Shown here: one piece after another, positions 28,574 to 40,393 of the stretch
Numbering within the stretch: position 1 is the stretch's first letter
Layout of the letters: every line of letters starts with the position of its first letter
From: Octopus sinensis
Taxonomy: Eukaryota
Assembly (NCBI RefSeq): GCF_006345805.1
Contig: NC_043017.1
Span: 2,542,001-2,606,000, forward strand
Direction of reading: 5' to 3'
Length of the DNA stretch: 64,000 nt
The notes under the pieces: generated by a model
What the model was told of the DNA's origin: nothing
What the model saw: the letters and a program-made list of their open reading frames with translations, nothing else
Database searches by the model: none
Translations under genes and position numbers: made by a program

Positions 28574-28792
28574 CGAGAGGGTGCAGAAAAGTTCCTGGTT
28601 TTGGTTTAAAATAAAACACAGGAGAATCAATTAATTATGATTTTATTCAACATATTCCCATCTTAGGTTCACACACTTATTACAGCGGTCCTTCATGTTT
28701 TCTAAGCCCCGAAAAAAAAACTTGGTAGGCTTGACTTCCAACCAGGTTTTTCGCGACACCCTTAAAGCCAGCAATTTTTCAGGGCCCTCTCG
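28574..28792. mobile_element. Tc1/mariner-type MITE
   Basis: About 29-bp imperfect TIRs cgagagggtgcagaaaagttcctggtttt / aaagccagcaatttttcagggccctctcg; TA immediately to the right and CA to the left (mutated TA TSD). Confidence 0.75.
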
Positions 28793-28847
28793 TACATTGT
28801 TTCTCTTTCAATGTGTAGGTGAGTTTAGAGACCTGTGTGTGTGTGTG

Positions 28848-29530
28848 TCTTTTTTCCTGTTCCATTCATTGGGTCGTAACCGTGCTGGGGCACTACCCTG
28901 AAGGGTTTAGCTGAACAATTCGGCCTCAATTATTTCTTTACTACCCACAAGGGGCTACACACAGAGAGGACAAACAAGGACAGACAAAGGGATTAAGTCG
29001 ATTACATCGACCCCAGTACACAACTGGTACTTATTTAATCGACCCCGAAAGGATGAAAGGCAAAGTCGACCTCGGCGGAATTTGAACTCAGAACGTAGCG
29101 GCAGACGAAATACCGTTAAGCTCAGGACTTATTCTATCGCCCTCTTTTTGCCAAACTGTCATGTTACGGAGACGTAAACAAACAAACGCCAGTTATCAAA
29201 CGGTGTGGAGGGGAACGAACATCAAGCAACACACACACACACATTTGTATAGATGTGTGTGTGTGTGTTTGTTTGTTTATGTTTCTCTCACCCCCACCCC
29301 AGTGCTTGTTAACCGATGCTGGTTTGTATATGTATGATGTATGTATGTATGTATGTATGTATGTATGTATGACGGGCTTCTTTCAGTTTCCGCCTACTAA
29401 ATCTCCTCATAAGGTCTTGGTCGGCCCGAGGCTATAGTAGAAGACATTTGCCCAAGGTGCCACGCAGTGGGACTGATCCCGGAACCATGGGGTTGGACAG
29501 CAAACTTACCACACAGCCACGGCTGCGCCT
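28848..29530 (-). mobile_element. SINE family B interrupted by a SINE-A copy (28931-29120, -)
   Basis: B tail at 28848-28930, A body, then B body and head at 29122-29530. Confidence 0.75.
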
Positions 29531-29760
29531 GTGTATAGTGTGTGTGTGGAGGGGGGGGCTAAAGTTTGTTTGTAAATTCGTGTTTGTGGATGAGTGTAGA
29601 AGTCGTTCGGTGCACTAAATTAGTTATCGCCAATATTTGACCGTGAGGACTTAAACGCTTCTCAGGGGACCCACAGAGAGCTTATAATGCGCCGTCCTTT
29701 ATCTTAAGTATACCAAGAAATAAATGAGAATTTGCATTGACATCTCATTAGACGCTTGGA

Positions 29761-29795
<35 letters not shown>

Positions 29796-29815
29796 TGTGT
29801 GTGTGTGTGTGTGTG

Positions 29816-30001
29816 AAAACGCTGTTGATTATGTATCGAAGTATCAATTTAATGTCTGGACAGTGTAATCATGTTTGATCAATTAACCTGTAAGAAGTGT
29901 GTGTGTGGTGTGTGTGTGTGAAAACGCTGTTGATTATGTATCGAAGTATCAATTTAATGTCTGGACAGTGTAATCATGTTTGATCAATTAACCTGTAAGA
30001 A
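29816..30001. repeat. Perfect tandem duplication of an 81-bp unique segment (period 105) bounded by (GT)n
   Basis: 29816-29896 is identical to 29921-30001. Confidence 0.95.
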
Positions 30002-31023
30002 GTGTGTGTGTGTGTGTGTTCATTTCCTAGATCGATCTCGTATCACCGCTTTTACACGCGCGCGCAAAAGACCTTTAGAGGTTATCTTGTACTTGAACGA
30101 CGTCAACTGAAACAAAGTTGTGATATAATGGATGTGTGTGTGTGTTTTATCTTTATATATACTTATACATTTGCATTTATAGACACACACACAGACACAC
30201 ATATATGAAAGAAGGACTCTTAGTGTTCGATCTTTCAGTTACTAAATGCTTTAAATAAATCGATACAGAAGAACCCCCTTGGGTCATGAATGGCCAATCG
30301 ATTGCACGCCGAAAAGCCGCCCCTCACCTCCGGCGTTCAAGTCTGTGCAAGGTTGTTTATGAAAGACTAAGTGTCACCCATGCATAGCAGCGCCCCCTCT
30401 CCACTCTTTCGATGTTATGCAAGATTATCTTTTATCTTTATATTTCATTTCTTTTTTTTTTTAATATAAACCAGGCATTTATTCTTTCGGTCTCTCTTAC
30501 CGAGCAGCTAAGGGACATTAACAAACTAACACCGGTTGTCAAGCAATGGTAGAGGGCAAACAAACACAGGCACAAAGCCAAGTCACACATGTGCGTGTGT
30601 GTGTTTATTTATATTTATACATGACTGACTTCTTTCAGCCCCCCCCCCCCTACTAAATCCACTCTTGCCCAGAGTGCCACGCTGTGGGACTGAACCCGGA
30701 GCCATGTGACAAGGAAGCAAACTTCTCACCACACACCATTGCCTGTATGTGCATATATGTAATGTATATGTATATATGTATGTGTATATACATAAGCATG
30801 TTTAATTCTATGTATGTATGTATGTTTAATTATACGTAAATGAACGTATCTGTATGTATGTGGAAATATATATAAATACACACACACGCACATGCACGCG
30901 CGCGTTGTTTTAACAAAACAACAGAAAGAATATTGAATACAATAGGAATAAAGTGTGACATTTCTCAGAGGTTAACGATAACAGTTCAGAAAACGTGTGT
31001 CGATCTATGTGATATTTGTATTA

Positions 31024-31263
31024 GGAGGCGGCGAGCTGGCAGAAACGTTAGCACGCCGGGCGAAATGCTTGGCGGTATTTCGTCTGTCGTTACGTTCTGA
31101 GTTCAAATTCCGCCGAAGTCGACTTTGCCTTTCATCCTTTCGGGGTCGATAAATAAAGTACCAGTTTCGCATTGGGGTCGATGTAATCGACTTAATCCCT
31201 TTGTCCGTCCTTGTTTGTCTCCTCTGTGTTTAGCCCCTTGTGGGCAGTAAAGAAATATATATA
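31024..31263 (+). mobile_element. SINE family A, full length with 12-bp TSD
   Basis: atatttgtatta at 31012-31023 and 31264-31275. Confidence 0.92.
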
Positions 31264-31386
31264 ATATTTGTATTACAAAAGTAATGCAGTAAATATATTA
31301 AGAATATACTTGGATAAGTCTGGACCAGAATTGATCCAGACCATGAATAATAATACCAGCAGGGAATGACATTTAATGATGTTTTC

Positions 31387-31762
31387 GGCGAAGGTAAAGA
31401 ATACGCACACCCGGAGATTAAGGTTACGGTTTAGGGTATATATAATGGTATATATAATGAAGGCGACGAGCTGGCAGAATCGTTAGCACGCCCGGCGAAA
31501 TGCTTAGCGGTATTTCGTCTGTCTCTACGTTCTGAGTTCAAATTCCGCCGAGGTCGACTTTGCCTTTCACCCTTTCGGGGTCGATTAAATAAGTACCAGT
31601 TACGCACTGGGGTCGATAAAATCGACTTAATCCGTCTGTCCGTCCTTGTTTGTCCACTCTGTGTTTAGCCCCTTGTGGGTAGTAAAGAAATAGGTTTAGG
31701 GTTGAGGTTTAGAATTAGGGTTACGCCGAAAACGGGTTGTTTGCGTATTCTTTACCTCCGCC
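31387..31762. mobile_element. Small TIR element (MITE, Merlin-like signature) with TTAGGG-like internal repeats
   Basis: TIRs ggcgaaggtaaagaatacgca / tgcgtattctttacctccgcc (20/21 match); flanks atgttttc / atgtttcc (8-bp TSD, 7/8). Confidence 0.75.
31461..31693 (+). mobile_element. SINE family A nested in the MITE
   Basis: Full head-to-tail match to family A. Confidence 0.92.
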
Positions 31763-32388
31763 ATGTTTCCTATTACAGTCAGTTTTGGGGCGCATTGTGG
31801 CACCTTGCAGTTAAACAGTTATTGCTGGCAGAGGTGTATCCGGGTGGATATGGTTTATCGGGAAGTTGTTGGGGATATTCGCCCAGGAAACGTTTGAATG
31901 TTAATTCAATGTTATACCCCCTTTTGTATCTTGGCAAGATGTTAAAGAGAGCAGGGCCCGAACCTTCGCTGATGTTATTGGCCTTTGACCACAAATCTAA
32001 AATTATTCCTATTCGTAATATGGGTTTAAAATAACAATACATGATTATAACATCGGAAGCGTGGGGAGGGGACGCTGCTATGCATGGGTGACACTTGGTT
32101 TTTCATAAACAACCTTGCACAGACTTGAACCCCGGAGGAGAGGGGCGGGTTTTCGCCGTACAATCGGATTGTCATTCATGACCCAAGGGAGTTCTTCTCT
32201 ATCGATTTATTTAAAGCATTTACTAACCAAAAGATCGAACGCTAAAAGTCCTTCTTACATGTGTGTGTTTCTGTGTGTGTGTGTGTGTACAAATGTGTAT
32301 ATGTGTGTGTATTTATATATGAGTGTGTATATATTATGCATACGTTTATGCATATATTTTATATATGTTTGTATGCATATACATATAT

Positions 32389-32671
32389 ATCACGTGACCG
32401 ACCAGACCATCAGATGTTCTTACACATCGCTGGTCACAATGCGCTTCGCATTGTTTTAGCCTTCAAATGACGCCACTCCGCTGGCTAAGCGAGCAGGCCA
32501 ACAGAAGAAAGAGTGAAAGAAAGTGTGGTGAAAGAGTACAGCAGGGATCACCACCCCTGCCGGAGCCTCGTGGAACTTTTAGGTGTTTTCGCTCAATAAA
32601 CACTCACAACGCCCGGTCTGGGAATCGAAACCGCGAGTACGCTGCCCTAACCACTGGGCCATTGCGCCTCC
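32389..32671 (-). mobile_element. SINE family E
   Basis: Reverse complement of the E head (ccactgggccattgcgcctcc) and body. Followed by a SINE-B 3' fragment at 32697-32831 (+). Confidence 0.85.
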
Positions 32672-32831
32672 ACACACACAACACACACATATATATAAAA
32701 GAGACTGATAGAATAAGTACTGGGCTTACAAAGAATAAGTCCCGGGGTCGATTTGCTCGACTAAAGGCGGTGCTCCAGCATGCCGCAGTCAAATGACTGA
32801 CAAACAAGTAAAAGAGTAAAGAGTAAAAGAG

Positions 32832-32993
32832 TATATATATACAGTATATATATATATATATATAATATATATATTATATATATATATATGAATATATATA
32901 TATACACATATATTATATGTATAGTATGTGTGTGTATGTATTATATATATAATATATATATGTATGTGTATATGTATGCGGGTATATATTGTG

Positions 32994-33028
<35 letters not shown>

Positions 33029-33062
33029 GTATATATGTCTGTGTGTGTATATATTATATATA

Positions 33063-33108
<46 letters not shown>

Positions 33109-33358
33109 GTGTGTGTATTATAATATGTTATATCTTATATATATATGTATATGTTTATTAGTATGTATATATATATGCCTATATATTTGATATTATTCAT
33201 ATATGTATATTCGCATATATCTGTTTATATATATATTAATGTCTATATATATATATATATGTATATATTTATATATATATGCATGTGTATGTGTGTGTAT
33301 ATGTATATTGGTATATATATATATTTGTATATGTATATATTATATATGTATGTATATG

Positions 33359-33409
<51 letters not shown>

Positions 33410-33453
33410 GCATATATTAATATATATATATAATATATATATGTATATGCATA

Positions 33454-33492
<39 letters not shown>

Positions 33493-33653
33493 GCATATAT
33501 TTAATATATATATATATATGTATATGCATATATTTATATATATATATATATATATATGTATATGCATATATTTATATATATATATATGTATATGCATATA
33601 TTTATATATATATATATGTATATGCATATATTTATACATATATATATATATAT

Positions 33654-33694
<41 letters not shown>

Positions 33695-33695
33695 T
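32832..33695. repeat. Long (TA)n-derived tract with a tatgtatatgcatata sub-repeat
   Basis: Visible; abuts the LINE 3' end. Confidence 0.92.
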
Positions 33696-36600
33696 TATTT
33701 TTGTTTGTTTGTTTTTTTTGTTTCAGCTCAGAGCTGCGTCCATGCTGATGCACCGCCGTTTTGTGCTACACTGTTATTACGAAGAACCTCGTCTAATATG
33801 TGGCACTTGGTGAGGAATGGAGTTTGATATAGCTACCCTCATTTGCACCTCTTTCCGTGAGGTAGGTTCATCTGGGACTCTCGACAGGAAGAGGTCCAGC
33901 TTTGATTTAAAAACCCCTACATCTACTTTGTGCAATTTCCCCAGACTCTTTGGGAGAATATTAAAAAGCTGTGGGCCCTTGAAACCCAGGTTGTTGCAGT
34001 AGCTGGTCTTGAAGCGTGATGGCATTGCTGGGATCTTTGGCACTATGCAGTGTCGTCCCGTTCTAGCATTGGTGTAACTTACAATGCCAAAATTTGGCAC
34101 AATTCCTTCCAGGATCTTCCAGACATATATTACTGCATACCTCTCCCGTCTTCTCTCCATGTAGTAGTGTTTTAGCTGTTTCGACCTTTCCCAGTAGCTG
34201 AGCTGTTGCAAAGAGACGATCTTCTTTGTGAATCTTCTCTGGATTGCTTCAAGGTCTGCTGTTAATTTCACACTGGTGGCTGACCACAGCTGTGAGCAGT
34301 AATCCAGGTGGCTGAGGACGAATGTCCGCCAGAGGACCACCATGGTTTCCTTATCTCTGGTTCTGAATGTTCTTAGAATCCACCCAGCCAGTCGTCTGCA
34401 CTTTGGCGCCATCCTGGTAATGTGCACTTGGAAAGAGGTATCCTCACTCATGTCGATACCCAGGTCCCTCACAGACTTAGGCTCTGGGATTGAAATTCCC
34501 TGTAGACCGGTGTACCCTGTAAGTTTAATATTCAGTTTTGGATGCTGGTAGCGCAGGGCTGGAATTTTTCAGCATTAAACTGCATATTATTATCCTCAGC
34601 CCATCTGTAGATTGAGTCCAACTCCTGCTGCAGGTGTGCAACAGCGTAGGGGTTTTGTATTTCCTGCGAGACTTTCGTATCGTCTGCATAGCTTGCCAGA
34701 GTGGCTATCCGGGCATTTGAGAGCATATCTGAGAGGGCCACTATAAATAGCAGTGGTCCCAAGACAGTGCCTTGTGGAACACCGCTCACTATTCGTGTGA
34801 TCATAGAGGTGGCTCCATTAGCCACTACTGCCTGACTCCTGTCTTTCAGGAAGTCATGTAACCACACTCCGAGTTTTCCAGCTATGCCAAGGTCACGCAG
34901 TTTGTGGCATATCATACCATGATCCATCTTGTCAACCGCTTTTGCAAAATCAAGATAGATTACGTCCACATTTCATTTGTTGAGTAACTGCCTCAACACC
35001 CAGTCATAATGTTGTAAGAGCTGGGTCAGGCAGCTCCTACCTGGTCGAAAACCATGCTGGGTATCACTCAGCAAGTTATTTTCCTCAAGGAATGCGATTA
35101 GTTTCTTTCTGACTATCCGTTCCATGACTTTGCTGATGTATGAAGTCAGAGAGATAGGCCTATAGTTTTTGGCATCTGCTCTACTTCCCCCTTTATGTAT
35201 TGGGCATATTATTCCCTCCTTCAGCTTGCTTGGCAGTTTGCCATTTGTAAGAAAGCTCTGGAAGAGAATCTTGAGGGGTTTTGCCAGGGCATGCTTACAC
35301 GCTTTGAGGAGGATTGCTGGGAAACCATCAGGACCAGCAGTTGAGTTTGTGTCCACTTCATCTTTGGCTAGTAGTACATCTTTTTCGCTAATGTCAATGT
35401 ATTCTATTGTAACTACCTCGTTGGTTATAGGTGAGGCGGCAAAGAAGTCCACTGGTTCGTTCACTTGTCTGTGTTCCAACGGGGTGGTAAAGACACTTTT
35501 GAACTGGTCATTCAGTATCTCACTGATCTTAGTTGGACTGTCTGTGAGGGAGCCATCCTTTTAGAGGAGGGGTCCTATCTTGTAGTGTACTGAGGCTGTT
35601 TCTTTCGCATAATGAAAGAAGGCCTTTGGGTTTGATTTAATGTTTTTTTTATAACCCAGGCTTCTTTGTCTGCTTTCTCCCTCACATAGGATTGTTGCAG
35701 CCTTTTTTCGATCTCCATCAGTGTTGTTTTTAGGCGGGACGTTTCGCTACTTTTGGGATGCTGGTTGAGTCGATTTGCAACCTTCGTCCGTCGTCTCATG
35801 ATGATCTTCCTGTCTCTTGGAATCTTGCTCCTATTTGTTTTGGTCTTGTGCTCTGGGACATATTTCTGGCATACGGCTTGCACAGAAGACATGAAGCATT
35901 CTTGTTTCATGACAATGTCTGGTGTGGAGAGACATTTCGGCCAGTCCTCTCTGAGGATCTCTTTTTGGATCGATTTCCAATCTGCTTTGTGGAAGTTCAG
36001 ATTGGAGAGATTTCGGGTGCTTCCTTTAGGCTGTATGTCTCTGGTTACTTTCGGCCCAAACATAGACAGCTCTATTATGTTGTGATCTGAAACTAATGTC
36101 GGTGTCACTTTCACATCATGAATGATGTCCATAGTGTTCGTGAAGCAGAGATCCAGAATGTTATTCGCCCTAGTTGGTTTGAGTACAACTTCCTCCATGA
36201 ATAAGGCATTGGTGAGGTTGAGCAGGGACTCCACCTGTACTTGCTTGCAATGATTCATTCCTGAGAATATGAGACCTTCGGGCCATTTGAAGTTGGGGAA
36301 GTTGAAATCACCCATAAGAAATATGGTCACGTGGTGTTCCAGATTCATAAGGATTTCTTTAATTCTTGTGAGGCAATCTTCAAACTTGCTTATGTGGTTT
36401 GGAGCATCCGGTGGGCAATATGTATTGCATATGACTATATTATGTTGTCTTATGTATACAATTAAAGTGTAACATACCGAATTTGAGTATGTCAGTAAGA
36501 CCTGGGGTGTGAGGTCATCTCAGATGTATACAGCAACTCCACCATGTCTCCTTTCCCTTCTGTCTGTTCGCAGTATGGCATAGTTTGGTACGTGTACTTC

Positions 36601-36736
36601 TGCGTCCTCTATATCAGGGCTGAGGTGAGTTTCCACGAGTGCTATGCATAGGGCTTGATTGCATGCAGTAAGATCTCTCAGGATAGAAATTTTGGTTTTA
36701 TTTTGATGCAACAGGCCCCCAATATTTAGTAAAAGT
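33695..36736 (-). mobile_element. CR1-clade LINE: nearly complete but disrupted ORF2 (APE endonuclease + reverse transcriptase), no ORF1
   Basis: EN motifs LNIGGL, ETHL, GGVAVYI, GDFNFP, PTRANNILDL, SDHN. RT motifs AGPDG, NYRPISLTS, QHGFRPGRSC, YLDFAKA, GVPQGTVLGPLLF, YADD. Split into five ORFs by stops and frameshifts; 3' UTR and tail at 33695-33776. Confidence 0.95.
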
Positions 36737-37865
36737 TTTGGGGTGACGGCTCCATACACACAGCTGATTTCACCCCTGCACCCACGTCGATTAAATAAGT
36801 ATCAGTTACGCATTGGGGTCGATATAATCGACTTAATCCGTTTGTCTGTCCTTGTTTGTCCCCCTTGTGTGTAGCCCCTTGTACTGGGGTCGATCTAATC
36901 GGCTGCCCCTCCTACCCCCAAAATTTCGGGCCTTGTGCCTAGAGTAGAAAAGAACCGTTAGCACGCCGGGAAAAATGCTTAGCGGCGTTTCGTCCGTCTT
37001 TACGCTCTGAGTTCAAAGTTCACCAAGGACGGTTTTACCTTTCATTCTTTTGGGATCAATAAAATGGTATCATTTGAACGCTAGGGTTCGATGTAATCGA
37101 TTTAGCCCCTTTCCCGAAACTACTGGGCTTGTGCCAAAATTTGAAATCGATACCTGATCGAGTTTTTCAGTTTAGATTTTTCGTAATTTGTGTTTTCTGA
37201 CGTCACACGAGAACGGCTTCGATGGCGATGACCACGACCAGAAAAGAAGATTAACAACAACAACATCAATAACTAAAACACACATAAAAAGGACAATAGA
37301 AATTACAATTAACAAACTATAGAATAATTGCCCGGAGATATTTTAGCACCAGAAATGCTTGCGGAGGGAAGCCATAGAGTGTGTGCGTGCGCACGTCGTC
37401 TCAATTGTAGGAGAAGAATAACGGGGAGAAAGAAAAGACATTTTCCTTTTTAAATTGAAAAATAAAATAAAATAAGACGTCAAAATTTTATTATTCAGCA
37501 AGCTAAACTAATTTTAAAAGATGAGCAGATTATAAATTTCAATGTTTTTGTGTAAGAAGGCGACGGAATCAGTGGCGATGTGAGAATAATTGATGATGTA
37601 GGTGGTGTTGGAGGTGGTTTGTTCGCGCGTGTTGTGTGTGTGTGTGTATTTTCGCACAACCAGTTTGGTTCACCGCTGCCACCTTCCTGTCTTTCCTTCT
37701 CTCTTCCTATACCACACCTTCATTTATATCAACGTATTGTCTTCTCACACGCCCTCACACACACACACACACACACACACAACAGAGCTGAGGGGAAGAA
37801 TCCGAGCAGATCGTTCTCCATGCTACATGAACTTACGGTGGTGTGCCTCGAGAGTGAAAATACCG

Positions 37866-38018
37866 AGTTCCCCGTAACTTCGCGGTTCAGCAAAAGAGAC
37901 CGATAGAATAAGTACTAGGCTTACAAAGAATAAGTCCTGGGGTCGATTTTCTCGACTAAAAGGTGGTGCTCCAGCATGGCCACAGTCAAATGACTGAAAC
38001 AAGTAAAAGTGAAAAGAG
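37866..38018 (+). mobile_element. SINE family B 3' module
   Basis: ccccgtaactt...gactgaaacaagtaaaag. Confidence 0.85.
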
Positions 38019-38188
38019 TCGAAGAACTAAATACAAACTTAGCATTGTTCTTTTATAACTGTATTAGTTGTAACAGGGAACAGCCTTATTGATGTAATGA
38101 TTAACTTTTACTGATTAGTATTGCTACTGCTTTCATCTCTTAATGAAATTTCATAACTAGCTATTTTGCTAATATATATATATATATA

Positions 38189-38470
38189 TGGCCCAGTGGT
38201 TAAGGTGCTGAGCTCACGATCGCTAGGTCGTGATTTCAGTTCCTAGACCGGGTGGGGCGTTGTGTTTCTGAGTAAAACACTTCATCTCGCGGTGCTCTGC
38301 GATCACTTGGACACCAGACGCGTGGTGGACACAGTGCACCTGCTCAGAAAAGGTCGATTTGATGGAGAGATGTGAGCCAGTGTGCGGCACGAACATTTCG
38401 ATCACTATAAACAGTTCATTTGTGAAGGTCGTTCACCAAAAGCTGAACGTTCATACGTCGTCTCCAACGC
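38189..38470 (+). mobile_element. tRNA-derived SINE family F
   Basis: A-box tggcccagtggttaagg and a head similar to families D/E; distinct body; single diverged copy. Confidence 0.55.
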
Positions 38471-38527
38471 GAGAGTCCATTACACACACACACACACACA
38501 CATACATACACACACACACACACACAT

Positions 38528-38680
38528 ACGACGGGCTTCTTTCAGTTTCCGTCTGTCAAATCCATTCACAAGGCTTTGGTCGGTCCGAGGCTATAGTAGA
38601 AGACACTTGCCCAAGATGTCACTCAGTGGGACTGAACTCGGAACCATGTGGCTGGTAAGCAAGCTACTTACCACACAGCC
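38528..38680 (-). mobile_element. SINE family B 5' module
   Basis: tacgacgggcttctttcagtttccg...cttaccacacagcc. Confidence 0.85.
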
Positions 38681-38694
38681 CTCCTATATATATA

Positions 38695-38727
<33 letters not shown>

Positions 38728-38915
38728 ATATATACTATATATATACATACATTACATACATTACATTTACATAAATACATATATATATATATATATCACG
38801 TGATCACGTGACCGACCAGACCATCAGATGTTGTTACACATCGCTGGTCACAATGTGTTCGCATTGTTTTTTAGCCTTCGAATGACGCCACCCCGCTGGC
38901 TAAGCGAGCAGGCCA

Positions 38916-38949
<34 letters not shown>

Positions 38950-39036
38950 GTATGCATGTATGTATGTATGTATGTATATATAATAAGTAATTCTTTTATT
39001 GACCACAAGGGCTAATAAAAATCAAAACGCTATATG

Positions 39037-39075
<39 letters not shown>

Positions 39076-39153
39076 AGAATTCACAAAAAACAAAAAAACA
39101 AAAGACGAAGACAGGTGGTGTAGACAACAAACAAATGTATTAGTATTTATTGC

Positions 39154-39667
39154 TTGGAAAGCAACTCCCTATTTTAAAGTATTTATAAATTATTTATTAA
39201 TTGTGATATTTACAAAAAAATGGATTTTTGTTTGAGGTGTTATTTAAAATTGAATATGGGCTCCAGATGGCACCACCAGCTCCTTGAGCCGCCTCAGAAT
39301 TGTGTCAACTGATTTCACCAGGCGTTCTGATGAGATAGAAGACATATATATTATCGCCTTCGCCCTTCAAATTCTTCCAAAGTCTTTGGTTTGGTACGGT
39401 AGACTTGTTCTTTTAACCAGGCCAAAAAAAAGGGGTGGGGGGCACAGCTTGCGAAGTCGGGACACCTAGCTGGCCACTCGTGGGGGTCCATGACCACTCA
39501 TCCGTCTTCCAGAGAAGTAGACGTTCAGCCATTCACGACACACACGACGACAGCAATACGATTACGGGTTAAATTCTCATACTACAAAAACATACAAAAA
39601 AATTTGGGAAACAATTACAATTAATAAATAATTTATAAGTATTTTAAAATAGAGAATTACTTTTCAA
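39154..39667. mobile_element. 514-bp element bounded by 54-bp inverted repeats
   Basis: ttggaaagcaactccctattttaaagtatttataaattatttattaattgtgat versus the reverse complement of 39614-39667, 47/54 identical; GC-richer core; no TSD recognised. Confidence 0.7.
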
Positions 39668-39737
39668 TCACTCTGTGCGCCTGTGTTGATATATATATCT
39701 ATATATATATATATATATATATATAGATATATTGTTG

Positions 39738-39773
<36 letters not shown>

Positions 39774-39782
39774 ATTACCGGG

Positions 39783-40089
39783 ATCACCGTGACCGATCAG
39801 GCTATTAGATGTTGCTACACATCGCTGGTCACAATGCGCTTCGCATTGTTTTAGCCTTCAAATAACGCCACCCCGCTAGCTAAGCGAGCAGGCCAACAGA
39901 AGAAAGGGTGAGAGAAAGTTGTGGCGAAAGAGTTCAGCAGGGATCGCACACACCCCCACCTGCCGGAGTCTCGTGGAGCTTTAAGGTGTTTTCGCTCAGT
40001 AAACACTCACAACGCCCGGTCTGGGAATCGAAACCGTGATCCTACGACCGCGAGTCCGCTGCCCTAACCACTGGGTCATAGGCGCCTCC
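39783..40089 (-). mobile_element. SINE family E, full length
   Basis: Collinear with 32389-32671; an extra 3' fragment lies at 38797-38917. Confidence 0.88.
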
Positions 40090-40351
40090 ACACACACATA
40101 CATAAATAATTAAAATGACAAAGGAATAGAAAGATTATATAATGAGGTTCATTATCTTACACCTGTTTCTGCTAATGGATACCAGAAGCAGCTGTTAGCT
40201 AATAACATTCATAACATAATTTCTTATTTCTCTTTACTCCACTGACAGTTTTTTCTGAAGCTAATCTATAATGAGTTCTAACATCAAGTTATTAATATCG
40301 CTATGCATAATGGAAATAATAATAACAACAACAACAACAACAACAACAATT

Positions 40352-40383
<32 letters not shown>

Positions 40384-40393
40384 TAATAATAAT

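Larger units (their letters stand above)
31305..32045 (-). mobile_element. Old CR1-type LINE 3' end (different family), interrupted by a MITE
   Basis: ORF 31779-32042 GPALFNILP...FKRFLGEYPQQLPDKPYPPGYTSASNN resembles the C-terminus of the other CR1 ORF2s; the 3' UTR ends in the 10-bp hairpin gtctggatca-attc-tggtccagac. Confidence 0.65.
30164..32301. repeat. Inverted duplication; arms about 30164-30418 and 32047-32301
   Basis: aagaaggactcttagtgttcgatc...ttcgatgttat versus ataacatcgg...gatcgaacgctaaaagtccttctt; the arms include the SINE-D 3' part plus shared non-SINE flank. Confidence 0.85.

Noticed and set aside
39327-39365. ctgatga followed by a gata/tatc stem as a hammerhead
   Set aside because: No GAAA after the stem and no stem III/UH.
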